Below are positions 52,023-64,000 of a DNA stretch of 64,000 nt, one piece after another. Origin of the DNA: Camelus dromedarius (Eukaryota); the NCBI RefSeq assembly GCF_036321535.1, contig NC_087472.1, forward strand, positions 96,412,001 to 96,476,000, read 5' to 3'. Below the pieces are notes generated by a model. It saw only the letters and a list, made by a program, of their open reading frames with translations. It had not been told where the DNA came from and ran no database searches. The stretch's first letter is position 1. Every line of letters starts with the position of its first letter. The position numbers and the translations under genes are program-made.

Positions 52023-52209
52023 GGGGGAGGGTACAGCTCAGTGGTAGAGTGCGTGCCTAGCATGCGCGAGGTCCTGGGTTCAATCCCCAGCACCTCCACT
52101 AAAAATAAACAAACCTAATTACCTCTCTGCCAAAATAAATAAATAAATAAAGCACAAATGAAAAATAAATTTTAAAAAAGAACTGAAAAAAAGAAAATGA
52201 CATTAAAAG
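52023..52209 (+). mobile_element. tRNA-derived SINE (Vic-1-like, camelid)
   Basis: ggggagggtacagctcagtggtagagtgcgtgcctagcatgcgcgaggtcctgggttcaatccccagcacctcc + A-rich tail; TSD aaaaag(g/a)gggtgcc. Confidence 0.88.
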
Positions 52210-52814
52210 AAAAAGAGGGTGCCCATTATTTCCCATTGAAAGATCCATTTAACTTTCTGAGACTTAAAAAGTCAGTCCATGTTAAGACAATGTACTGTTT
52301 CTGACCCACTAAAAATCCCCTTTTCTCTTCTATTGACTAATCACGAATCTATATTTATTGTCAAGTTTCAGCAATAATTCTAGGGATTTTTTTTCTAATA
52401 TCTCTAGGAAATGTAACTGTTAAATATTGGCAAATGCAGGTCAACTCTCATTTCAGTGCCATCAACTGTGCAGAGCTTTCATTTTTCAGTGATGGTAAGT
52501 TCTGGCAACTAGTCAATTTTCACAATGCTCTCACAATGCATATTAACTGCCTCTCTCTACACACATACACACACACACAGAGGCCCTCTTTTTTTTCTGG
52601 AGCAGGTAATAAATTATGAAAGAAAAATAACGCACTGCAGAAAATATAGGTAAGATCAGGATGCCACTTACCTGGGATTTCTACCTCTTCCTAATCTTTA
52701 GAGTGATGCTGGCATTTCTAACATGTCGGGAATTGGGGCAAGAGGATAAAATGTAGCTGGCCTGATCTGAACAGGGGGAGGGAAGTGAAAGAGTAGTTGA
52801 TGTCCCAAACACCT

Positions 52815-53140
52815 CTTCCCCTGGTGGGGGAACTGGGGAGCTATTATTAAAGAGTATAAACTTGCAACTAGAAGATGAATAAGTCAGGAGATATAATGTA
52901 CAACATAGTGATTATAGTCAACAATACTGTATTAAAGACTTCAAAATTTCTATGAGACTAGATCTTTAAAGTTCTCACCACAAAAAAAATGATAATTATG
53001 TGATGTGGTGGAGGTATGAGCTAAAGCTACAGTGGTGATCATCACACATATTTAATAAGTGCATCAAATCAGTATGTTGTACACCTTAAACTGACACGTT
53101 AGGTTAATTATATCTCAAATTTAAAAATCAATTTTAAAAA
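52815..53140 (+). mobile_element. L1 3'UTR fragment
   Basis: aaacttgcaactagaagatgaataagtc...ttgtacaccttaaac. Confidence 0.65.
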
Positions 53141-53173
53141 ACTTTCACTGAGTAGAACATTTGAAAATGCTGA

Positions 53174-53257
53174 CAGGAATTGACCTTAAAAAGAAACAAA
53201 TACAACTCAAATCCACTCAGGAATTGACCTTAAAAAGAAACAAATACAACTCAAATC
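53174..53257. repeat. Perfect 40-bp direct repeat x2 separated by 4 nt
   Basis: caggaattgaccttaaaaagaaacaaatacaactcaaatc at 53174 and 53218. Confidence 0.95.
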
Positions 53258-53988
53258 TCGAGCCATGCTACCACAGTGTGGTCCCCAGACCAGCTGCATT
53301 GGCATCTCATGTGAGCCTGTTTGTAATGCAGACTCAGGGCCCCATCCTAGACCTACTGAATCAGAATCTGCACTTTGCCAAGATGCCTCAAAAGTTTGCA
53401 AAATGCCACACTGGAAGAAATCTGCTGGCAAGCTCAGAAGGGACACAGACAGAGGCTTGTTGAAGTGGGACGCAACCTGGACCTTTGTATTTTCACCAAG
53501 TTCCTCAGGGAACTCTGACACCAGCCGAAGTCTGAGCACCACTGCACAAGAGCTATGCTGTTCAAGACAAGAGCCCTGAGTCACCTGTGGCTGTTTACAC
53601 CTACATTTCAATTTAATCAAACAAAAGTAAAAATTCAGTCCCACGTGCCACGTTTCAGTGCTCAAGAGCACGTGTGGCTAGTGGCGCCTCTATCGGACAG
53701 CGCAGGTATAACACTTCTGTCACTGTAGAAAGTTGTTGGACAGCACTGGGCTCAAGAGTTCTCAATCTTGCCTACACATTAGAATCAATGGCCATGGTTT
53801 TTTGTTGTTGTTGTTAGTTTGTTTTAATACAGAATGCTTATTTTAGGCCTCATCCTACAGGCACTTTATCGTCATAGAGACTTGCCCTACTGTTTTCTAG
53901 TAAGGACACTATTAGGAAAACCAAGCTCTTGATCTTGATAAAACCTCACATATTTAGGCTCAGATAATCGTGTGAGATGTTGTCCTTT

Positions 53989-54598
53989 TGAAACTGAGCA
54001 GGAACCTATGGGGCCCTCCCGGGCACAAAGCCTTTCCAGGTCTCCCATTTTTTGTTTGTAGGAAAAAGGCTTCGGCCTCCTAGATCGTCCCTGAGTAGCA
54101 AAGGGCAAACTCAGACAGTTACTAATCAGGGAAAGGAAGGAACACAGAAACTAAGGAAGAGCAGTCAAAAAACAACAGTCGGCAATAAAGCAGGGCCTGG
54201 TTCCTCCTCCAGGGATATACATAGCAATGTATCTCTGAGTTCTTCCACGGGAACTAAGGCCCCACCCAGGGGAAGGATGTTAACTTCAGGCTGAGCTCAA
54301 GCACGTGGACCCCAGGCTGGCTGGAACCAAAAGGCTGATGACTGAGATTTCGAGAACACCACTCTGTTACCGCACCACCAAGCAAACAGAGGGTGGTCAC
54401 ACATCCTGCAGGCCTCCCCCAAATTTTACCTATAAAAACACTTCCCTGAAAACCATCAGGGAGTTCAGGCCTTTTGAGCATGAGCCGCCCATTCTCCCTG
54501 CTTAACCCTGCAGTAAACCTTTCTCTGCTCCAAACTGCAGCATTTCAGTTTGTTTGGCCTCACTGTGCGTGGGGCACAGGAACCTGGGTTGGACAACA
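53989..54598 (+). mobile_element. ERV1-type solo LTR
   Basis: TG...CA termini; tataaaaa at 54431; agtaaa poly-A variant; imperfect 4-bp TSD cttt/attt. Confidence 0.75.
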
Positions 54599-55411
54599 AT
54601 TTAAGTTTGCTGGACTCCAGGCTATGGTGCCAGGTTCTGCATTCTATGCATGTAATTTCAGGGATGTGATATTTACTTCATTTTCCTTTTTATTAGTTGA
54701 AAAGATCACATAGAAACACTAAGAAAAAGTTTAAAAGGTTTCACACAACCATTACACTATTTCTCTGACCCACTGCTCTCTAGTCCTTGCAAATTTGCAT
54801 ACAGTATCTGATTTTTCATGAGCCACCCCAGGCTGGCTGTTCGATAGGTTTACAACAATTATAAAACTGAACGTCAATTAGATCAGCCCCCACCTCCAAT
54901 CTTCAGAATATACAGAATTACCATCTCTAAATGCCTGCCTCCCGGCTCCTTGGGGGGTTCTGGGTTTCCCCACATACATTTTTGCACAAACATAACATGC
55001 CTCTTCAGCCTTTGCTCCTATGCTCCTACAAGGACAGTGGTTCCCCAGGGACCCAGGTTGCTATAGTGATGTCCTTTGCTGCTTCTGACTCATAGACATG
55101 TCTCCGTTTCGCACTCTAAGAATCTCCATGAGTCACCCAACTAGGTTACATTCATAGAGGAGCTCTTTATGGAGAGTTGCATTATGGGGCACTTTTATTT
55201 GCTGTATCTCCTTGTCCCAGCCCAAGCCCCTGGAAGATCTACTTGACATTTGGAAACGTCTTCCCTCTGATCAACCATTCCCTAACCAAGTATGTGCACC
55301 TGGACTCTCCATCCTTTGGGGGTTAGTAAGGAGTGGCCCTTATTCTCAGGGGGGCTGGGTCCTAGAGGTGGGAGACAGCCGGTGGTCCTACACAGCTAGT
55401 CATTATCCTCA

Positions 55412-55675
55412 CCAGGGCTGGACTAGGCTGAGGCAAGTGAGGTGCTCACTCTCAGAGTCAGGCAAATGTAGGGTTGAAACTTCACTTAAAATTTTGATAC
55501 TGTGTCCACCATAGTATCAAAAATTATGTTTTGCCTTAATTCACATTTTTTAAATATTTTTTTGCATTAAAATATTTTTATCTTGATTACTGAAGTTTTT
55601 TTGTCCGTTTGCTTAGCACTCTGTTAAATTTTGTGCCAGGGCCTTGCTGACCTCACCCCATTCACAAGCGCCAGT
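55412..55675. mobile_element. MER96B-like hAT fossil
   Basis: cagggctggactaggctgaggcaagtgagg ... aaattttgtgccaggg...cctcacccc. Confidence 0.55.
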
Positions 55676-58600
55676 CCTTTCCGTCAGGTTCCTCTATCCC
55701 TCATTCAGATAGAGCCTTGGTGGGCCTACCGCTCACATCATCGAGTCATACCTGTAAACCCCTCTGGCACCCAGCTTCAGCCTTGAGCTACACATACTGA
55801 CTGCTACCTAGTTGTAATCACACTGTCCACTGTATTATAGTTAATTTCTATAAGCAATTGTTTCATAAACTATTTTCCTTGTTTCTAGGTTGCCTTAGTT
55901 TCCTCTTTTAACAGCTGCAAGATAGTCCACTAGGCTGACACACTATACTTAACTATTCTATTACTGGATATTCAGATTAGTTTCCATTCTCGTTCATTGA
56001 GTCCTTAGATCTACAAAAGAGCTGAGCGCTGAGGTAGAGGCTTGAGTGAGATAAACTGCTCTACCTAATAAAATGGGAAGATTTTGATGTCGTTTTGGAG
56101 TTTGGGAGTTTGGAGGGTTTATGTTTGTGCGTTTGTTTGTTTTCTGGTGGGCTGTAGAGAGGAGAGAGGCAAGCAAGTTGTTGGAAAGCCGGAGGCCAGG
56201 ACGGAAGAAACAGCGGAGGGACATTTTTTAAAGGGAGATATATGATACTGAACTTAAGGTATCAACTATATGGAGTCACAACGGAGACCCTGCTGTTACT
56301 GTCACATCTTCAGAAAATGTCGACCACAGTGCAAACTGACTCAGAAGCATACTAGATAGGGAGCTATTAGCACGCTATTTTGCATGTATACAAAAGAAGT
56401 CATTCACAGATCAGTTCCATCTAATGAAGGCAAAGACAGGGAAAGGGGAGAGAAGAAGTAGCAGACATCTGAAGATAGTGGCATTTGTCCTCTTTTCCAT
56501 AGGCTCTCTTCTGATGCTAATCGGATGGCAGCAAGCAGCGAGGCCAGTGCAGATGCCCACCAAGGGAAGAGCCGCAGGAACGCACCATAGTCAAAACCCA
56601 GTTGGCTCCAGTTAGCTCGCAGCAGCCAGTAAGAAGTCACTCCCCCGGGGAGCCACAGGGCACTGGAGTGAGAGGAAGTGAGGAAGGGCTGTTACAGGAT
56701 TTAGGCAGGCGGTGAGGGGTTCTGAGAAGAGTTTAAGGAAGCAGGGGCATATTCTGAATTCACTGTTGTCAAGAGGCAGAAGCAGCACAATAATTGGGCA
56801 TCTTCGTTTTCCTTTGCGAGGTGGCAAGATTAAGAAGGGGCTAGAATTGTCATTGGTAAAGGATCTACAGAGAATCCTGTTAGTCAGAGGAGGAGAGGGA
56901 CTGCTAATCACTTCCCTGGTTGAGGAGTGGCCTTGGTTCTCTCTAGTTCCAAATATGGTCAGAGCGGCCTTCTCTGGACATTATTTATTTCCCACGAGCG
57001 CTATTTATCTTCAGTTGGGAACATCACAACCTAGCTGCCAGCAGGGCTATTTTTCATTTTCTCAGTCCCTCCTTTTGGCCAGGGGTAGACAAGTGCAGCC
57101 TGCAGGATGTCCATCTGTGGGTCCAGGTCCACACAAGTCAGGACATTCTGCCCTTGAGCAGCTGGATCAGTCATCAAGGAATAAATCTGGTCATTCATGG
57201 ATGCCCTAGGAGATCCTGGGAGTCGACTCCCATGTGTTTTTGACAGGCTGTTTCTGCTTTGTGTCTGCCAGTGTCCTTTGAGAGCACCTGCAATGGAGTT
57301 ATAATTTTTCCCTCATCTCATTTTTCTGAACAGATGCAAATGCTGGGTCTTAGGTTCAGTTCCTTCTGGGTCCTGAGGTGACAGCATGGGCATGGGTAGG
57401 TCACTGTGGAAAGTTATCATTTTAGCAAGAAAGGCTCATCCACACAGGGACTCAGCTGAGAGCCTGTAGAAGATCTGCCTGAGATCTGCATGTTCATCAG
57501 ATCTTCAACAGACCCCCGAAAAAGGCAAGTCTTTATCCACCGGCCCATCCTCACTGCCCAGGGTCACTCCTGAGCCCCTCACCCTTCCAGGTGTGTGGAT
57601 TTGCCAGAACAACTGAGCGGCCCCCATAGGCGTTCCCTGGCTGGCAGATGCTAAATATTTCCTCCATATGTAAGGGATGAAAGTACAAGTGAAAAAAATG
57701 TTCCAGCATTTTGCCCCTGAGAGTTTTCAATGACTTCTACGACCACCATGTCAGCAGGACCAAGTCCCAAAGTGGTTGTCTCACATCAAGACGCTGAAAA
57801 GCCTTACGCTTGACCTGGCTTGCCTGGCTTTACCTAGATGATGCCCTTGGCCTCTGAGAGCTTCTGTGAGTCATGAGCCAGAGTTCTGCCTGGCTCTCCG
57901 GGGCCGCAGAACCTAAAGGTTGTTTCTGACCTTGTGGGTGAAGGCCCTCAGCACAGGCATCTCCCCACGGACCCAGTCATGAGAAGAGGAAGGATAGAGA
58001 GAAGGCAGACGGACTAGCTTTATCCTGCTCCTATGCCACCGAATTGGCCACACACCTCAGGACAACGTAGCTCTATTTTTCACAGTGTAACTCTGGACGG
58101 TAAAGTTTAAGGCTTCAGCAGGTTAAGAAAGACTGGTCAGAACTGAAAAGGAGCCCAAAATATAATGACTGAAGCGAGTAATGTACGTAAATAGCTGGGC
58201 CAGTTTGTCTCTTGTTCAAAATCCTATTCTATTTGCGAGCAATTTTCTTCCACTTCAAACTCTCTCGTTATATACCCTTTCATTCAAAATGTTAATTCTG
58301 CCTCCTCCTGTAATTTAACCATCCACTAATCATTTCTGGGATGGAAACACATATTCCTAAGTGAAGCTCTTTTGAAGAGCTGAGTTAAGCTGACAGTGGG
58401 TTTGTTTCTCTCATTTCTTATCTAATGGTTAATAGAATTGCCAACAAAGAACTTTTCAAAGTCTTAAAAACCATCCATGATAATATTTTTGCACACACTA
58501 AACATTTGGGCAGATGGACGTTTACATCTCAGTAACTAAAGTGGAAAAAAAAGGCAAAAAAAAAAAATCTGTTGCCCCCAAATGAGATTTACAAAAATGA

Positions 58601-59725
58601 CTTAACACTCTATAAAAATACAGTGACTCTCTTTCCAAATCAAAGGAAAAGTACGGGGATATGGATTCTAACCTTAGGTCTTCTGGTTACTAGCTAAGTG
58701 ACCTTGCACACACGCCTGCATTTTCCACCAAATTTGTAAGTCCGTTTATAACAAAACTGATAGAAGTCAGATAAGAAGTTTCATGTCAAGAAAGAATATC
58801 AATGGGATGAGACAGGGAAGAAGTCAGATGCTCTCTCTTCCACCAAGGCTTCCCTACAGCTCAAGGGGCTATCTAATCAGAGTGACTTACAGTCTCCTTA
58901 GCAAAACAACCCTCTTAAGGATATCAGCAGCGCGCAAGACCAGCTAAGCCTTTCCTGTGTTTGAAGTTGAGGGATGAACTAGCGGTTGGCTCCAAGTTCT
59001 ATCTCATTTATAAATTTAAAACAGAATCTGCAGAGCGTCAACGGTTCCTACTAAATCCAATGTCATCCTTTATCACTCTTGAGAAGAAATGTTAAAGATC
59101 TGAGCCTCTTAGGACCCTCTGCTGCCTCCTGTGCTCACACAATAACGCATTTCCCAGGTTATTGAATGCATGGTGTGGTAAATCACACGGGGACCCAATT
59201 CTTCACCCCTCCCCATGGCCGCACCCTTTGCCTGTAACGTGGTAGTGCCCTCCCGCTGGAGGACCCAGCCAGGGGCAGAGCCTGGATTTGCGGGGCCCAG
59301 TGCAAAATGAAAATGTGGGACAGCCTGTTTCAAAAAGCAGCAAATGAGTGCTATTTGAGCTACTAAAATATAGAGCTTTTTCCTTCCTTCCACAGCCTCT
59401 CTCAACTTGGAATGGTGCTTTTTATTTGCTATTTACTGTCATTCTAAGTAAAAAAAAAATTTTTTTAATTAGCATAAACTTTACAGTTTATATTTTCCAA
59501 GAAGTAATGCCTGAGGGTGGGACATCCATGCAAAGCATTCAAGGCAGGGACACCATGCGAAGATAAATATGCTATGTCTGCCCTGGGCTGAGGATTCCTC
59601 GAGTATAGAGGCACATTTATCTGAATCCCCAGGGCTGGGCATGGTGCCTGGTACACAGCAAGCAATAAATACATATTTAAGGGAAAAAGGGAGGGAGCAA
59701 GAAAATGAATTTGAAAATGAGTTTA

Positions 59726-59815
59726 GGGGGAGATAGAGCTCAGTGGCAGAGCGCATACTTAGCATGCACGAGGTCCTGGGTTCAATCCTCAGTACCTCCA
59801 TTTTAAAAAAAGAAA
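59726..59815 (+). mobile_element. Short tRNA-derived SINE (Vic-1-like head + A tail)
   Basis: A/B boxes agctcagtggcagagc and gggttcaatcc; TSD aaaatgagttt. Confidence 0.88.
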
Positions 59816-59829
59816 AAAATGAGTTTTGC

Positions 59830-60445
59830 TTATGCAATTGTGGAGACAGTGGCACCCTCACACATCGCTGGTGAGAGAGGGAAATGATGTACTCACTTTG
59901 GAAAACAGTCTGGCAGGTCCTCAGAAAAGCTAAACAGAGAGCTCCCATATGACCCAAAAATCTCACTCCTAGGTATGTACCCAAGACAAATAAAAACATA
60001 CGCTCACACAAAAACTTGTACGTGAATGTTCAGAGCAGCATTATACATAATAGCTCCAAAGTGAAAACAACTCAAGTGTCTATCAGCTGATGAATGGATA
60101 AGCAAAATGTGGTCTATCCACACAATGGAATATTTTCCTGCCGTAAAAAAGAATGAGGTACTGATTCAGGCTACAACAAATACTACACTACGTGAAAGAA
60201 GCCAGTTACAAAGGACCACGTATTGTATGATTCCATTTGCGTGAAATGTCCAGAATAGGCAAATCCACAGAAACAGAAAGTAGACTGATGGGGCGGGGGG
60301 CGATGAAGAGTGACTGCTAATGGGTAGAGAATGCCTTTTTAGGGTGATGAAGATGTTTTGGAATTAGATAGTGATGATGGTTGCACAACTTTGGGAGTAT
60401 ACTAAAAACCACTGAATTTTGTGGCATGTGAGTTATATTTCATTT
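59830..60445 (+). mobile_element. L1MB-type 3' end
   Basis: cactttggaaaacagtctggcag...aatggataagcaaaatgtggtc...gatggttgcacaac. Confidence 0.8.
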
Positions 60446-61254
60446 AGGAAAATAGTTCTGCTTGGGTCCATTTCTTACTAGTGTGTGACCTTTGAAAAGT
60501 TATGTGCCCTCTCTGAACTTCAGTTCCCTCGACTATATAGTGGGAAATAATAACACTTCTGTAGAACTGTTTGTGAGGATCGGGTTAGATATGAAATGTA
60601 AAGCAGTGGCACCCTGCAGCCTTCAAGCCCTCTGCTCCTACCTGCCACCCTCAGTGTCAGGGACGGTCTCTGGCGGGATTCGGGGCAAACCAACACAATG
60701 GACTCCCTCACTCACCTTCTACCGGGGGTGGGGGCGGGGAGCAGTAGAATATGGAAGAACATTCGGCGAGGGAATGGAAGAATCAGAGTTCTCTTCCTCC
60801 TCCAGTAAGTGGATTCTCTCCCCTTTCCCCTCGGGAGGATCAGATGGAGTGGATGAAGTTTCTTCTTGGAAGGGGCTCTGTGCCTCCCAGGGACCAGGTG
60901 AGACCCAGGGACAAAGGAGCTAAGCCACTACGTCTCCAAGCTTGGCTGGTCTCTAGGCTGGAAGGGGCAGAGTAACAGGGCTTCTTGGAATTGCTGCTCG
61001 GTCCTCAGCACCAGAGAATGGAATGACGTGTGAACAGTGTACATGATTTCTTGCTGGACCCAGACACTCCGCAGGAATACAGTTTCAGGGAGGAGAAGGA
61101 TGCCCGGATGTCTGCCACAGGCAGGGCTAAACTGACCCATGTGGCACTCCAGGCAGCAAGGATATCTATTCAAAGAAAAATGCTCTTGAATTGTGTTTGC
61201 TCAAAATTATGTACTCTGTCTGTGTGGATGGTATTGATGAGTGTTTTCACATTT

Positions 61255-61270
61255 CCACCAGAGGGCGCTG
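61255..61270 (+). promoter_or_regulatory. CTCF-binding motif
   Basis: CCACCAGAGGGCGCTG matches the CTCF core consensus. Confidence 0.6.
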
Positions 61271-61954
61271 TCTGCCTCCTTGGTGGCCACACCAATGTTC
61301 TATAGTATATGTGGAGTTAACTGGTACCAGATGACCAATTTATTAAAGTTTTAATGCCATGAAAGTGATGTCCCAATCTACACTTTGGATCCTAAACTTC
61401 CTTCCAAACACTGGTCCTACATTTTCCATTTTCTGTTTCCTATCTCTGCCTGGATGTTCTGCTGACCCACCGAACTCACCATGCCCCAAACTAAGCTCAT
61501 TATCTTTCTCTCCGACTGAGTTTCTTATCTCTGTGTGGACCCAGGACAGCCAATACTGTTCTGCCGAATTTGAGCTGCAAACAGATCCCCAGCTGAAATC
61601 CCTCTGCTTGCCATGTCAGGCCCCAGGAGAAAGCAGAATCTTTTTCTACTCTGCACAAAGGCACCGTAATGGCCAGCAGCAGTCCTGGGCCCCACACTCA
61701 TCTCCGGTACTCAACTTGGTCATTTGCATGCAGGTGCTCTTCTCTACCCTGTGTCAGCTAACATCCCTGAATGTCAAAATCATATTTTTTCCCTGAAGAT
61801 CTATCAGAAATGTTGTCACTGCCATAAAACCTCTGAACTGCTTCCTGCCCTGCACTCCCACCGTCTCTAAGTCAGCTCTTCTCCATCTGAATTTTCAAAG
61901 CACTTTACTATACTTAACTGTGGCATTTACCCCTTTCTTCCTGGTATTCAAGTA

Positions 61955-62600
61955 TTTTTTGTGGTTAAAAATATATATAACATTAAGGTTACCATCCTAA
62001 TCATTTTAAGTGTGTGGTTCAGTAGTTTTAAGTACATTCACACTTGTGCAACAGATCTCTAGAACTTTTTCATCTTGCAAAACTGAAACTTTATACCTAT
62101 TGAACACCAATTCCTCCAGACCTTGGTAACCACCTTTCTACTTCTGTTTCTATGATTCTGACTACTTTAGGTACCTTATATAAGTGGAATCGCACAGTAT
62201 TTGTCCTCTTGTGACTGGCTTCTTTTGCTCAGTACAATGTCCTTAAGATTTATCCATGTTGTAGCATGTGACAGGACTTCTTTCTTTTTTAAGGCTGATA
62301 TATATGTGTGTATTTATGTATGTGTGTGTGTGTGTGTGTGTGTGTATACACACACACACATATACACACCAAGTTTTCTTTATCTATTTATCTGTCAATA
62401 GACATTTGGGTGGATTACTTTCACTGCTTTGAATCTTTTGTACCCAAAAATGGGATTCCTGGATCACACGGTAGTTTTATTATTTTTTTAGGATCCTACT
62501 ATTTTTCATAACAATTGCACCATTTTACATTCCCACCAACAGTGCACAAATGTTCCATCTCTGCATCCTCACCAACGCTTGTCATTTTCTCTTCTTTTGG
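61955..62600 (-). mobile_element. L1M 3' fragment, antisense, with internal (TG)n(CA)n
   Basis: Typical antisense L1M 3'UTR. Confidence 0.75.
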
Positions 62601-62632
62601 TAACGGCGCCTAGCTATTTCAGCACAAGTTGC

Positions 62633-62995
62633 TGTATTCAGTTCCTTGGGCTGCTATAACAAATAATCGCAAACTGAGCGGCTTAAAGCAGCGGAAACTC
62701 ATTCTCTCATAGTTCTGGAGGTCAGAAGTCCAAAATCAAGGTATCAGCCAGTTGTTCCCTCTAAAGGCTCTGAGGGAGGAGCCATTCCACACCTCTCTTC
62801 TAGTCTCTGGTGGCTGCCAACAACGTTTGGCATTCCTTGGCTTGTAGCATCATGAGTCTAATCTCTCCCTACCTCCATTTTCACATGGCCGTCTTTTCTT
62901 TGTATCTTTTCCTTTTTCATCACTTTTAAGGATGCTGTCATTGAATTAAGGGCTCACCCTAATGGGGTGGGGGCTACAATTCAACCCATTACAGT
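62633..62995 (-). mobile_element. MaLR LTR (MLT1-like), antisense
   Basis: gggctgctataacaaataatcgcaaactgagcggcttaaa...ttctggaggtcagaagtccaaaatcaagg. Confidence 0.8.
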
Positions 62996-63789
62996 TGTCA
63001 TTACTAGACTAAGCTCCTTGAGATCAGGATCTATGTCTTGTTCATATTTGTTTACCTCCAAAACCTAGTACACCACCTTAAACATAGAAGGGGCTACATG
63101 CCTCCTGAGGTAATAGGTGGACTGATGGTTGGTCAGATGATGGATATTATCTAACCTGTTGGATTGACACCTGATGCAGTCAGAGTTGGGAAGGGTGCAT
63201 TAGGGATTCACATTCCCCCAATGACACTTCCTAATCACTCCAGGTATGACTTTAAGATACAGGGAACAGAACACAATGAAAAACCATTCACAGCTTCACA
63301 GCCACATAGCTTCTCCCACTCCGGGCAAATGGATCCCAGATGAAGACTGTCTGGCCGGGGCAGATTAAGGTAAGCTTGGCTGAAACACCCAGTTGCACAA
63401 CAAGAGTCCACAGCCCTCCCCACAGTTTCTGCAAATTCTCAAGTCTCTATTTCGTGGTCCTGATTTGTTGTTCCTGTGTGTCTTCTTGATTCCTTTCCTT
63501 GCCAAAGGTCAGCGCCTTCACCAGATGCTGCACAAGATTCCCAGCTCGCCTCCCACCGCAAGCATTTCGGAAGTTTAGAACTTTACTAACAGTTTGGGGA
63601 CACACAGTCCATCCCCTAACCTTCAGCCATGATGCTCACCCCCCTTTTTCTGTTTCACTTTTCCCTTTCCTCTTCCTCTCTGGTTCAAAACAGAAATTCC
63701 TTTCCTTGGCTTGTGCCAGGCAGCTCTGTAGTTCTGTTCACACTTCTACTCTAAACAGGCTTATTTTAAAAATGTAAGGCAGGCAGGCA

Positions 63790-63880
63790 AGAGAAGAGAG
63801 AGAGAGAGAGAAGAAAGGAAGGAAGGAAGGAAGGAAAAGGAAGGGAAAGAAAAGAAAAGAAAAAGAAAAAGGAAGAAAGA
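63790..63880. repeat. Purine-only (GA)n/(GGAA)n/(GAAAA)n tract
   Basis: Direct inspection. Confidence 0.9.
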
Positions 63881-64000
63881 ACTGGAACCATTTAAGAATT
63901 CTCATACCAGCTATTAAAATAATATTATTTTCTCTTCTTGTATTTTATAAATATTAATGATAACTTAAAGTGGGGAGTTCTCTTAGTAGGGAGAGAAACT

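Noticed and set aside
52023..52097. tRNA genes at 52023 and 59726
   Set aside because: They have A-rich tails and TSDs; these are tRNA-derived SINEs.
53174..53257. CRISPR-like repeat
   Set aside because: Only two units with a 4-nt spacer, in mammalian DNA.
56404..57209. ORFs up to 165 aa at 56.4-57.2 kb (also 38255..38743, 59481..60011, 61359..61796)
   Set aside because: No recognisable domains; they appear to overlap LTR/L1/SINE-derived sequence.

Overview
Mammalian (eutherian) genomic DNA, most likely a camelid, based on two Vic-1-type tRNA-derived SINEs and cetartiodactyl-type L1s. It is probably the X-linked SUPT20HL (FAM48B) locus. The only intact protein-coding gene is an intronless SPT20-homolog retrogene (ATG 41041 to stop 43365, 774 aa) with a CpG-island promoter. 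Bases 1-920 are a near-perfect inverted copy of 36746-37665 (i pairs with 37666-i; one mismatch seen). The window therefore holds the ~35.8 kb spacer and right arm of a large palindrome whose left arm runs off the window start. Old repeats and the SPT20 C-terminus in the inferred arm are shifted AT->GC, as expected from arm-to-arm GC-biased gene conversion. On the minus strand of the spacer I can reconstruct a decayed multi-exon gene: at least 14 exons from 16809 to ~5050, with canonical splice sites, mostly matching phases and many CGA->TGA-type stops. I cannot assign its protein to a family. The rest is transposon-derived: a full-length but inactivated L1 with 16-bp TSDs, a U6/L1 chimeric retrocopy, nested L1s, solo LTRs, DNA-transposon fossils and microsatellites. 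Repeat family names and the comparison to human SUPT20H come from recall, not from a database search.
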